From Bordetella parapertussis (lineage in GTDB: Bacteria > Pseudomonadota > Gammaproteobacteria > Burkholderiales > SG8-41), in contig CAMDDY010000003.1 of NCBI GenBank assembly GCA_945893125.1, positions 1 through 35,159 on the forward strand: a DNA stretch of 35,159 nt, in the 5' to 3' direction. This document shows positions 26,671 to 35,013 of the stretch, one piece after another (the stretch's first letter is position 1; every line of letters begins with the position of its first letter). Made by a program: the position numbers and the translations under genes. Below the pieces are notes generated by a model. The model searched no databases and was not told where the DNA came from. It saw nothing but the letters and a program-made list of their open reading frames with translations.

Positions 26671-27915
26671 TTGAAAAATCAAAGCGCAAGCCATCCCGGC
26701 GACGTGACGGACGAATCAGCACGCTATCCATACTGGCGCCGCAATCTGCAAACCCTGCCGGTGGCGACGCTGATGACTTCCATGGGGTTTGCGATTTCGT
26801 TTCCGCTTCTGCCGCTGATGGTGCGCAACCTCGGCGTGCATGAAAATCTGGAAACCTGGATCGGCAACATGATGCTGGTTTTTTACATCATCAGTTTTTT
26901 GTGCGGGCCGATCTGGGGCAGCATCGCCGATTATTTCGGCCGCAAGATCATGGTGCTGCGCGCCATGCTCGGCATGGGCTTTTTCATGGCGCTGATTCCC
27001 TTTGCGTCCACGCCGCTGTGGTTCGCCTGCCTGTTTTCCCTAGTGGGGTTTTTCAACGGCGGCACCATGTCCGCGCAGGCATTGATCGTGGCCAACACAC
27101 CGCCCCACCGGATCGGCAGCGCGCTGTCGCGTCTGCAAGCAGCGAACCTGATGGGCCAAACAACCGGGCCTGCGGTGGGCACGATGCTGGTGGCGATGGT
27201 CGACAAGCCGCATTGGCTGTTCTGGTTCAGCGGCGGGGTGCTGATCAGCGCCGGCATGCTGGTGATCGCCATGGTGCGCGAGACCAAGCAGCTCGCGCCG
27301 GGACGCTGGCGCCCGCAGTGGATCGGCAATCTGCGCGAGCTGCTTGCCGTGCCGCGTATCGGGCTGCTGTTTTTTCTGGGCTTTGTGTTCGCGATGCTCG
27401 CACCCGGCAACATCACCATACTCAGCGTGTTCGTGATGGACCTGAATGGCGGCGCATCGACGGACGCCGGATCACACGCCTTCTGGGCCGGCGCGGTGGC
27501 CATCGGTTATGCGCTTTCCAGCGCCATCGCTTTGACCGTGTGGGGGCGTGTGCTGGATCGCTTTGATCCGCGGCGGGTGTTGTTGTTCTCCGCCGCCGCT
27601 GCGGGGCTGACGCAGCTTCCCATGCTGTTCCTGCAAACGCCGCTGCAACTTACGCTGACGCGTATCGCATTCGGTCTGGCGGCGTCGCTGATGTTACCCG
27701 CCATCGTGCGCCTGTTGCGCAGCCACGCACCGCAGGGCATGGACGCGCGCGCGATTTCCTATGCCGCGTCGTTTCAGTTTATCGCCATGGGCATCGCGCC
27801 CTTCACCGCCGGCCTGATCGGGCCGCTGCTGGGGCTGCGCGCCTATTTCGCGCTGACTGCGGCACTGACGTTTATTGCGTTTGGGCTGTGGTTGCGCAGC
27901 GAGCGGCGCGCATGA
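26671..27915 (+). CDS. MFS transporter (MdtG/DHA1-like)
   Basis: WRRNL, P.LPL, PIWGSIADYFGRKIMVLRA (motif A), ~12 TM segments; TTG start. Confidence 0.88.
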   Translation: MKNQSASHPGDVTDESARYPYWRRNLQTLPVATLMTSMGFAISFPLLPLMVRNLGVHENLETWIGNMMLVFYIISFLCGPIWGSIADYFGRKIMVLRAMLGMGFFMALIPFASTPLWFACLFSLVGFFNGGTMSAQALIVANTPPHRIGSALSRLQAANLMGQTTGPAVGTMLVAMVDKPHWLFWFSGGVLISAGMLVIAMVRETKQLAPGRWRPQWIGNLRELLAVPRIGLLFFLGFVFAMLAPGNITILSVFVMDLNGGASTDAGSHAFWAGAVAIGYALSSAIALTVWGRVLDRFDPRRVLLFSAAAAGLTQLPMLFLQTPLQLTLTRIAFGLAASLMLPAIVRLLRSHAPQGMDARAISYAASFQFIAMGIAPFTAGLIGPLLGLRAYFALTAALTFIAFGLWLRSERRA

Positions 27916-27976
27916 TTACAAACCACGCGAGTCACCACGGTTTGTACCTCTTACCCTGACGGCGCATGACCCCGCA

Positions 27977-28954
27977 TCAGTCTACCGTTGCGCCGGACTC
28001 GCGCACCACCTTCGCCCAACGCTGAACTTCCTGCTTCACAAATGTCTCCAGTTCCTGCGGCGTGCTGCTGGCCGCTTCCACGCCGACGGCGGTGAAACGT
28101 TCGATCACTTCGGGATCATTCATCAGCCGCACGATTTCCGCATTCAGCCGGGTTGTGATCGCGGTGGGGGTTTTTGCAGGTACAAACAAGGCGTTCCAGG
28201 TGGTCACGACGACATCCTTAAAGCCCTGTTCCACCAGGGTGGGCAATTCGGCAGCCGCCTTCGTTCGCTGCGCGCTGGTAATGCCCAGGGCCTTGAGCCG
28301 TTTGGTATTCACGAGTTGCAATGCCGAGCTGACACTGGCGAAGCCGATCTGCACGCGGCCACCCACCAGATCGGTCAACGCCTCGGACGCGCCTTTGTAG
28401 GGCACGTGAACCATCTTGATCCCCGCAGACATTTTGAAGACCTCCGCCGTCAGGTGCGGGCTGGAACCGTTACCCGACGAGGAATGCATCAGCTCGCCCG
28501 GATTTTTCTTCGCCAGAGCAACCAGTTGCTTCACATCGGCAATCGGCAGCGAGGGATGCACCACCAGCACATACGGAAACGAACTCAGCATGCCGACCGC
28601 GCCGAATTCTCTCGGAAAATCATATTGCAGCTTTTTGTACAGGCTGACATTCACCGCGTGCGTGTTGGTCGCGATCATCAGCGTGTGGCCATCGGGTGCG
28701 GCGCGCGCCACCAATGCCGCGCCCAGATTGCCCGCCGATCCCGCGCGGTTGTCGACGATCACCTGCTCCTGCAACGCGCGCGCCAACCGCTGGCTGAGGA
28801 TTCTGCCGACGATGTCGGCGCCGCCGCCGGGGCCATACGGTACGACCAGTGTCACCGGACGTACCGGGTAATTCTGCGCACTCGCAGTGCCACCCGCCAG
28901 TAAAACGCAGGCTGCGAGAGACACCCCGCAACGAAGCATCAACCATTCAAACAT
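27977..28954 (-). CDS. Bug/TctC substrate-binding protein
   Basis: ASA-Q signal, YP.RPVTLVVPYGPGGGAD, SSGNGSSPHL, HVPYKG. Confidence 0.92.
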   Translation of the reverse strand: MFEWLMLRCGVSLAACVLLAGGTASAQNYPVRPVTLVVPYGPGGGADIVGRILSQRLARALQEQVIVDNRAGSAGNLGAALVARAAPDGHTLMIATNTHAVNVSLYKKLQYDFPREFGAVGMLSSFPYVLVVHPSLPIADVKQLVALAKKNPGELMHSSSGNGSSPHLTAEVFKMSAGIKMVHVPYKGASEALTDLVGGRVQIGFASVSSALQLVNTKRLKALGITSAQRTKAAAELPTLVEQGFKDVVVTTWNALFVPAKTPTAITTRLNAEIVRLMNDPEVIERFTAVGVEAASSTPQELETFVKQEVQRWAKVVRESGATVD

Positions 28955-29131
28955 CGTACGCCACCCGTATCACGTGATTACCCCTATTACAAATGGGCAC
29001 GGTATCGCGAGCCCGATGAACCGTCAACCGCGCGAAACTTCATGCAGATTATCCGTCGCCTCTGGTGCTTTGGATATAATTTGTTCGGCGCGGCCTCACT
29101 CGCCTTCAGATAAATACTCACCGGGAAACCC

Positions 29132-30376
29132 ATGACTGACCACTCTTCAGGCGCCACGGCCATAGGTTCCGCCGCGTTGCCTCAACTCAAGATTGATGGC
29201 GTGGAGATTATCGGGTTGGACATCGTCCCCTCGCACCGGCGCCGCATGTCCACCGGTGCCTATGTCTACGGCGCCAAGGGCGGCTGGGCGGGCCGCCCGG
29301 TGATGGTGGGCATACGCGCGGGCGGCATCACCGGATGGGGTGAGGCGCGTCCGATCAATCCGTTCGTGGGCGAGACTGCGGCGGGCATGTTTAGCAATCT
29401 TCGCGATTACTACGCCCCCTTGCTGATAGGACGCAATGCCCTGCAAATCGAGGCCGCGATTCGCGCCTGCGAAAGCACGCTGCCCAACAACCCGGCGACG
29501 CTGGCGACTATCGATATGGCCTTGCACGATCTCGTCGGCCGCGCGCTGGGCGTGCCGGTGCATACCCTGCTGGGCGGCGCCTGCCGAGATGAAATTCCAC
29601 TCGAATGGTCGGTCAGCCTCGACGACGAAAAAGTGATGGTGGCCGAGGCGGTGTCTGCCGTGGAAAAATTTTCAGTCAAATACGTGTGCATCAAAATCGG
29701 TCCGCTGGATCGCAGAGATATCGATATCCGTGTCGCCAAGGCCATACAAAAAGAACTCGGTGCGGCGGTGCCGTTGGGTGTTGACGCCAACACCTGCTAC
29801 GACGTGCCCAGCGCGATTAGATTTGCCAATCAATTCAATGACTTGGGATTGGCTTACTTCGAACAACCCGTGCCCGCTGGTTCACTCACGGACATGCGGC
29901 GCATTCGCGACCGCGTGACGGTGCCCATCATGGCCGACGAATCCGTATACACGCTCGATGACGCCATGCGCGTGATCGAGCATGAGGCCGCCGACGTGCT
30001 CGCGGTCAAATGGTACAAATGCGGCGGCTTGCGCCGTTGCCGCGAAATCGCGGTGGTGGCGGAGGCAGGCGGGTTAAAGGCGAATTGCGCTGGCACGGCG
30101 AACGGCAGTTACATCGAGGCCATCGCCGCAGCGCATTTGTGTTCGACCATACCGAACCATGCCTTCGGTGCGGAATTTATACTGGGGCTGCCGTCGGTGA
30201 ACGAAAGCGAGACCATCCTCAATCGTCCCATCGATGTGCGCAACGGCTTTTGCAATTTGCCGCCCGGCCCGGGATTCGGCTTTGACATCAATCGCAAGGG
30301 CATCGCAAAACATGCGCTCGCGCACATGATGATTGACGCGACAGGGCAGCACGCCGTCGCCAATGGCGGCCTGTGA
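29132..30376 (+). CDS. Enolase-superfamily, muconate cycloisomerase (MLE)-like enzyme
   Basis: GWGEA, IDMALHDL, LLGG; metal ligands VDAN/FEQP/ADES; strand-6 Lys (AVKWYKCGG); PGFG. TATAAT at 29075-29080. Confidence 0.9.
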   Translation: MTDHSSGATAIGSAALPQLKIDGVEIIGLDIVPSHRRRMSTGAYVYGAKGGWAGRPVMVGIRAGGITGWGEARPINPFVGETAAGMFSNLRDYYAPLLIGRNALQIEAAIRACESTLPNNPATLATIDMALHDLVGRALGVPVHTLLGGACRDEIPLEWSVSLDDEKVMVAEAVSAVEKFSVKYVCIKIGPLDRRDIDIRVAKAIQKELGAAVPLGVDANTCYDVPSAIRFANQFNDLGLAYFEQPVPAGSLTDMRRIRDRVTVPIMADESVYTLDDAMRVIEHEAADVLAVKWYKCGGLRRCREIAVVAEAGGLKANCAGTANGSYIEAIAAAHLCSTIPNHAFGAEFILGLPSVNESETILNRPIDVRNGFCNLPPGPGFGFDINRKGIAKHALAHMMIDATGQHAVANGGL

Positions 30377-31374
30377 TGCGGCTGGAAGTAGTGCATCGGC
30401 GAAACCTCTTGGCGATACGCACAACCTTGGCGTTGCTGACGAGCTTCGCGGTCTGTACCGCGCAGGCACAGGAATATCCGGCAAAACCCATACGCATGAT
30501 CGTGCCCTTTGCGCCTGGCGGGCCCAATGACGTGCTGGGCCGCATCGTCGCGCAAAAATTGAGCGAACAAATGGGGCAACAAGTCATCATCGACAACCGC
30601 AGCGGCGCGGGCGGTGGCACTGGTACGGTGGCGGTCAGTGTCGCGCCGCCGGATGGATATACCTTGCTGTTCTCTGGCACGTCATCGTTGGCGATCAATC
30701 CGAGCCTCTACAAGGTGCCCTATGATCCGATCAAGGATTTTGCGCCTATCGGCTTGGCCGGCACGGCGCCGAGCCTGCTCGCGACGCATCCTTCGGTGCC
30801 CGCCAAATCCATTAATGATTTGATCGTTCTCGCCAAGGCCAAATCGTCGGGGCTGAACTACGCGTCAGGCGGCATTGGCGGTACGCCGCATCTGGCTGCC
30901 GAGTTATTCAAGACCATCTCGCGGATTCAAATGGAGCACGTGCCGTTCCGGGGCGCCGGGCCCGCATTGACAGCGCTCGCCTCCGGCGAAGTGGATGTCT
31001 ACATTGGCGGCATAACCTCGGTGCTGCAACTGGCCAACGCCGGCAGAATTCGGGCCATCGCCGTCACCAGTGCGCACCGCACACCCCTGATGCCGCAGAT
31101 GCCGACGTTTATGGAATCCGGCGTGCCCGGATACGAAATCGTCAATTGGTATGCCATGGTCGCGCCGGTGGCGACCCCGGCTTCCATCGTGAAGCGGCTC
31201 AATGCCGAATTGGTCAAAGCGCTCGCGACACCCGATGTCACCAAGCGATTTGCGGACCTGGGTACGGACGCCATCAGCGGCACGCCGGAACAGCTAGCCG
31301 CCTACCATCGCCAGGAACTGGCGAAATGGGCGAAGCTGATCAAGGTCTCCGGGATCAACGTCAGCGGAACCTAA
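30376..31374 (+). CDS. Bug/TctC substrate-binding protein
   Basis: TGATG overlap; AQA-Q signal, YPAKPIRMIVPFAPGGPND, HVPFRG. Confidence 0.92.
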   Translation: MRLEVVHRRNLLAIRTTLALLTSFAVCTAQAQEYPAKPIRMIVPFAPGGPNDVLGRIVAQKLSEQMGQQVIIDNRSGAGGGTGTVAVSVAPPDGYTLLFSGTSSLAINPSLYKVPYDPIKDFAPIGLAGTAPSLLATHPSVPAKSINDLIVLAKAKSSGLNYASGGIGGTPHLAAELFKTISRIQMEHVPFRGAGPALTALASGEVDVYIGGITSVLQLANAGRIRAIAVTSAHRTPLMPQMPTFMESGVPGYEIVNWYAMVAPVATPASIVKRLNAELVKALATPDVTKRFADLGTDAISGTPEQLAAYHRQELAKWAKLIKVSGINVSGT

Positions 31375-31414
31375 CGTCGCGCGATTTGCGCACGACGCTT
31401 CCCGCGAATCCGTC

Positions 31415-32845
31415 CTATCCCTTGTTGGCCAGCACCGCCAAAAACTCACGCGCCGACAACGATTCGACGCCGAGGATGGCGTCGCGCACTTGCTCGACGC
31501 GCCGTGCCGGCAACACCATCGCGGCATTGTCGCGATACTTGGCGGAGATTTCGTCGCCAGTGAGCGCGCGTTCGCCCGTGCCGCGATTGATCGGCTCATG
31601 ATGCCGAAGGGTCTTGCCATTGCGCAATTTGATGACCACGCCGCCGGAGAAATATTTCGGATAGGTGGTGTCCGGATCGGCGGCGTAACTCACGCGCGAC
31701 GCCAGATCGAGAATCGTGGTGTTGCTTAAGGTGTCTTGCTCCAGTTCCGCCAGGCCGAAGCGGCCCAGCACCAGGCACGCCGCCGTGACGAACTGCACGC
31801 TGAATTTGGCGTCGTAGTCGTTGGCGGGTTTCACCTTGTTCGCTTCGGGCTGCGCGATGATGTGGATGGTCGGTTCGGGAATCAGCGCCTGCACAAACTC
31901 GATGTCTTCGGGCTTCAAGTTGTGCTTCTCGCGCAGCACCAGCGCGGCGTCGGCGCAGGCGTGGATCAGGTGGCAGATCGGATACGGCTTGATCGCCACT
32001 TCGCTGGTCTCCCAGCGTTCGCCCAAGCCGGCGGTGACGTCGGCGTAATCCACGTCGTCCTTCAAGCTTTGCAAATGACTTTGATACAAACCGAAGCGGC
32101 CTTCGTAGGTTTTGCTCGGCCCCACATAACCGTTGCGCGCGAGGTGCGCGGCGGTGATGCCCGCAACCCCCGCCCAGCCCGGATGCAGGCGCTTGTTCCA
32201 GGCGCCTTCTTCGAGAAACTCCTGACTGGCGGCGGCGGTGCTGCCGACGAAACCCTGTGCCATGGTCAACTGCCGGGCGTTGAGCCCATACAGCCAGCCG
32301 GCTTGCAGCGCACACGAAAAGTGCGCAGTGATGCCTGTCGGATGAAAACCAAAATGATGAAACCCGCCCTTGGCCGCGCCGCACACGCGCACCACGGTTT
32401 CGACGCCGAGGATGTACGCCGCGAGCAAATCACGCCCGCTGGCGTCGATGGATTCCGCCACACCCATGGCGCACGGCAACGCGCTGGCGGTCGGATGCAC
32501 GATCGCGCCGACGTGGGTGTCGTCGTAATCGAGGCCATGCACCAGCGCGCCATTCATCAGCACCGCGTCACGCAGCGGCAGTTTATCCGACAGGCCGATC
32601 AGGCTGCTGCCGCCGCTGCCCGCGATGCTGCGGATGCCCGACAGAATGTGATGCGCAAAGGCGTAGTGCGTGGAGGCGTAGGCAATGCCGATGGCGTCGA
32701 GCATCAGATACTTGGCGCGTTCGCGCACCGCCGGCGGAATCGCGTCGTAACTGAAACCGGCGACGTAATCGCTGAGTTTTTGCGAGACGGTGGGTTGTTT
32801 GGCCGATTGCGCGGCGACGGGGGTGTGTTTCTCAGGTGCGTTCAT
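31415..32845 (-). CDS. MmgE/PrpD family protein
   Basis: NGALVHGLDYDDTH, HPT, GFHPTG, KRLHPGWA, KPYP.CH, AKFS; AAGGAG RBS. Confidence 0.92.
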   Translation of the reverse strand: MNAPEKHTPVAAQSAKQPTVSQKLSDYVAGFSYDAIPPAVRERAKYLMLDAIGIAYASTHYAFAHHILSGIRSIAGSGGSSLIGLSDKLPLRDAVLMNGALVHGLDYDDTHVGAIVHPTASALPCAMGVAESIDASGRDLLAAYILGVETVVRVCGAAKGGFHHFGFHPTGITAHFSCALQAGWLYGLNARQLTMAQGFVGSTAAASQEFLEEGAWNKRLHPGWAGVAGITAAHLARNGYVGPSKTYEGRFGLYQSHLQSLKDDVDYADVTAGLGERWETSEVAIKPYPICHLIHACADAALVLREKHNLKPEDIEFVQALIPEPTIHIIAQPEANKVKPANDYDAKFSVQFVTAACLVLGRFGLAELEQDTLSNTTILDLASRVSYAADPDTTYPKYFSGGVVIKLRNGKTLRHHEPINRGTGERALTGDEISAKYRDNAAMVLPARRVEQVRDAILGVESLSAREFLAVLANKG

Positions 32846-32858
32846 GACGGCTCCTTGG

Positions 32859-33812
32859 TTAATTGCTGCGTATACCCGCTTCCTGAATCAGCTTGCGCCA
32901 GCGCGCGATTTCCTCGGACAAAAACTTGCCTAAATCCTGCGGCGTACCGCCGCCGGGGATCAAGCCGTGCCCCGACAGCCGCTCGCGGGTTTCCGGCGCT
33001 TTCAGCGTCTTGACGATTTCGCCGTTGATTTTTTGAATCACGGCAGCCGGCGTGCCCGCCGGCGCAAACAAACCAAACCAGCCGATCACCTGAAAACCCG
33101 GCAACCCCGATTCTGCCACTGTTGGGTATTCCGGGATTTCCGCCACGCGCGTGGTGCTGGTCACCGCCAGCGCGCGCAACTTGCCCGCCTTGACCTGCTG
33201 CAGCGCCGCCGGAATCGTCGAAAAATAAATCTGCACATTGCCCGCGATCAAATCGATCACCGCCGGCCCGCCGCCTTTGTACGCGATGCTGACGATATCC
33301 ACACCGGCTGTGCGTTTGAACAACTCGCCCGCGAGATGCGCGGTGGTGCCGCTGCCGGAATTGGCGTAATTGAGTTGGCCCGCGCGCGCCTTAGCGAGCG
33401 TAATCAACTCGCCGACGGATTTTGCCGGCACCGACGGGTTCACCACCAGCAGCAACGGCGCCGAGGCCACCAGCGCAATCGGCGCGAAATCTTTTTCCGT
33501 GTTGAACGGCAGTTTGGAATAGAGACTCGGATTCACCGGGAACGAGGTGATCGGCATCACCAGCGTGTGGCCATCCGGCACGGCGCGCGCCGCCAGCTCA
33601 ACACCGATGTTGCCCGATGCGCCGCTGCGGTTGTCGATGACCACGGTTTGCCCCCACGCCTCGGCGAGTTTCGCGCCGATCAGCCGCGCGGAAAAATCCG
33701 TGCCGCCGCCAGGTGCGGTGGGCACGATGAGGCGTATGGGTTTGGTCGGATAACCTTGTGCGGCGGCGGGCAGCAGCAGTGCGAGAATCATCAAACTGGC
33801 GAGACGTTTCAA
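32859..33812 (-). CDS. Bug/TctC substrate-binding protein
   Basis: Probable TTG start at 33812, signal ending AAA-Q, YPTKPIRLIVP.APGGGTD, YKGGGPA. Confidence 0.9.
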   Translation of the reverse strand: MKRLASLMILALLLPAAAQGYPTKPIRLIVPTAPGGGTDFSARLIGAKLAEAWGQTVVIDNRSGASGNIGVELAARAVPDGHTLVMPITSFPVNPSLYSKLPFNTEKDFAPIALVASAPLLLVVNPSVPAKSVGELITLAKARAGQLNYANSGSGTTAHLAGELFKRTAGVDIVSIAYKGGGPAVIDLIAGNVQIYFSTIPAALQQVKAGKLRALAVTSTTRVAEIPEYPTVAESGLPGFQVIGWFGLFAPAGTPAAVIQKINGEIVKTLKAPETRERLSGHGLIPGGGTPQDLGKFLSEEIARWRKLIQEAGIRSN

Positions 33813-33945
33813 TGGGTTGCCCTTTTTCGGAATGCGCAGTTTGCCACATCCTGCGGCCACACGGGCGCAAGCAAAAAGTTCAATAAAAACATATGCTTAT
33901 AATACATCGTCTGAAGAGACAGGCCGCCGCGGCACGAATTCGCGT

Positions 33946-34719
33946 TTACCGCCCCTTGAACACCGGCTTGCGCTTCTCGGCAAACGCCTGCTGCGCTTCG
34001 CGGGCATCCTCGGTGTGCGATAGCTGTTCGGTGATGTTCTGCTCGTAGCGGTAACCGTCGCGTTGCGGCATGTTCTCGACCACGTTGTAAGCCTCCTTGG
34101 CCAGCCGGATCGCGAGCGGACTTTTACCGGCGATGTTACGCGCGATTTTCATCGCCTCATCCATCAACTGCTCGCGCGGGCCACACCACTCGATCACGCC
34201 CAAGCGATACAACTCCGCCGCGCTAAAACGCTCGCCAGTAAACACGATGCGCCGCCCGCGCGATTTGCTGAACAGCCGCGAGATAAACGCACAGCCGCCG
34301 GCGAGGCCCACGTCGATTTCCGGCATGCCGAACACCGCGTTGTCCGACGCCAGCATGATGTCGCAAGCGGACATCATGCCGAAGCCCGCGCCGAGCGCCG
34401 CGCCATTCACCGCCGCGATCACCGGTTTTTTGCATTCGCGGATCGCGTTGGCGTACTCGCGCGCGCCGCGATTGTGCCGCCAGTAGTCGCCCGGCTGCTT
34501 GGCCAAGCCGATGCGCTCTTTGATATCCGCACCCGCGCAGAACACCTTGCCCGCGCCGGTGAGCACAGCCACACGCACGTCGTCACGGTCGCTGAAGCTG
34601 TCGAAGGCATCAATGATTTCTTCGCGGAACTGCGCGTTTTGCGCGTTCACCGGCGGGCGATCCATGGTGACCACGGCGATATAGTCGCTGACTTCGACCT
34701 TGATGCATTGGTACGGCAT
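33946..34719 (-). CDS. Enoyl-CoA hydratase/isomerase (crotonase) family protein
   Basis: RPPVNA, FCAGADI, KPVIAAVNGAALGAG, FGMPE..VG, EKRKPVF.G; start at MPYQ (34719). Confidence 0.92.
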   Translation of the reverse strand: MPYQCIKVEVSDYIAVVTMDRPPVNAQNAQFREEIIDAFDSFSDRDDVRVAVLTGAGKVFCAGADIKERIGLAKQPGDYWRHNRGAREYANAIRECKKPVIAAVNGAALGAGFGMMSACDIMLASDNAVFGMPEIDVGLAGGCAFISRLFSKSRGRRIVFTGERFSAAELYRLGVIEWCGPREQLMDEAMKIARNIAGKSPLAIRLAKEAYNVVENMPQRDGYRYEQNITEQLSHTEDAREAQQAFAEKRKPVFKGR

Positions 34720-34786
34720 GGCGGGATTCCTGACGAGTTGAATGGAATCATTATGCCGGACAACGCTTCGCTGCCGCCACTGCGGA

Positions 34787-35013
34787 GTGCGATTCAAACT
34801 GATGCATGAGCATATTCATCGGCGCTTCTCTGCTACACGGCTCCTTCCCCTTCAGGGGGAAGGCGGGGATGGGGGTGGGGTGGAACAACGAGCAACGCGG
34901 ACTTGCTGTGCTGACGTCCAACCCCACCCCCATCCTAACCTTTCCCCTGAAGGGGAAGGGACTGTCTTTTGGGTTATGAAATCCATGTGCTTAGACATCA
35001 GTTTGAATCGCAC
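34787..35013. mobile_element. MITE-like element, 227 bp, 18-bp perfect terminal inverted repeats
   Basis: GTGCGATTCAAACTGATG (34787-34804) and CATCAGTTTGAATCGCAC (34996-35013), extending imperfectly to ~29 bp; non-coding interior. Confidence 0.75.
34843..34960. repeat. CCTTCCCC..GGGGAAGG-type palindromic doublet nested in the MITE
   Basis: CCTTCCCCTTCAGGGGGAAGGCGGGGATGGGGGTGGGGTGGA paired with TCCAACCCCACCCCCATCCTAACCTTTCCCCTGAAGGGGAAGGG. Confidence 0.85.

Noticed and set aside
27977-31374. Apparently lower-GC stretch as a genomic island
   Set aside because: Only a visual impression; no integrase, tRNA or flanking direct repeats seen; would need a computed GC/codon profile
24725-32845. Canonical methylcitrate cycle (prpB/prpD)
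   Set aside because: No prpC, acnD, prpF or prpR, and the MmgE/PrpD proteins look like divergent family members, so gene symbols were withheld
329-33013. Long alternative ORFs in the track (e.g. 329-1363, 1555-2799, 3092-4327, 4667-6142, 20805-22529, 23031-24428, 31736-33013)
   Set aside because: Antisense shadows of well-supported genes, expected from GC-rich codon bias; no recognisable motifs
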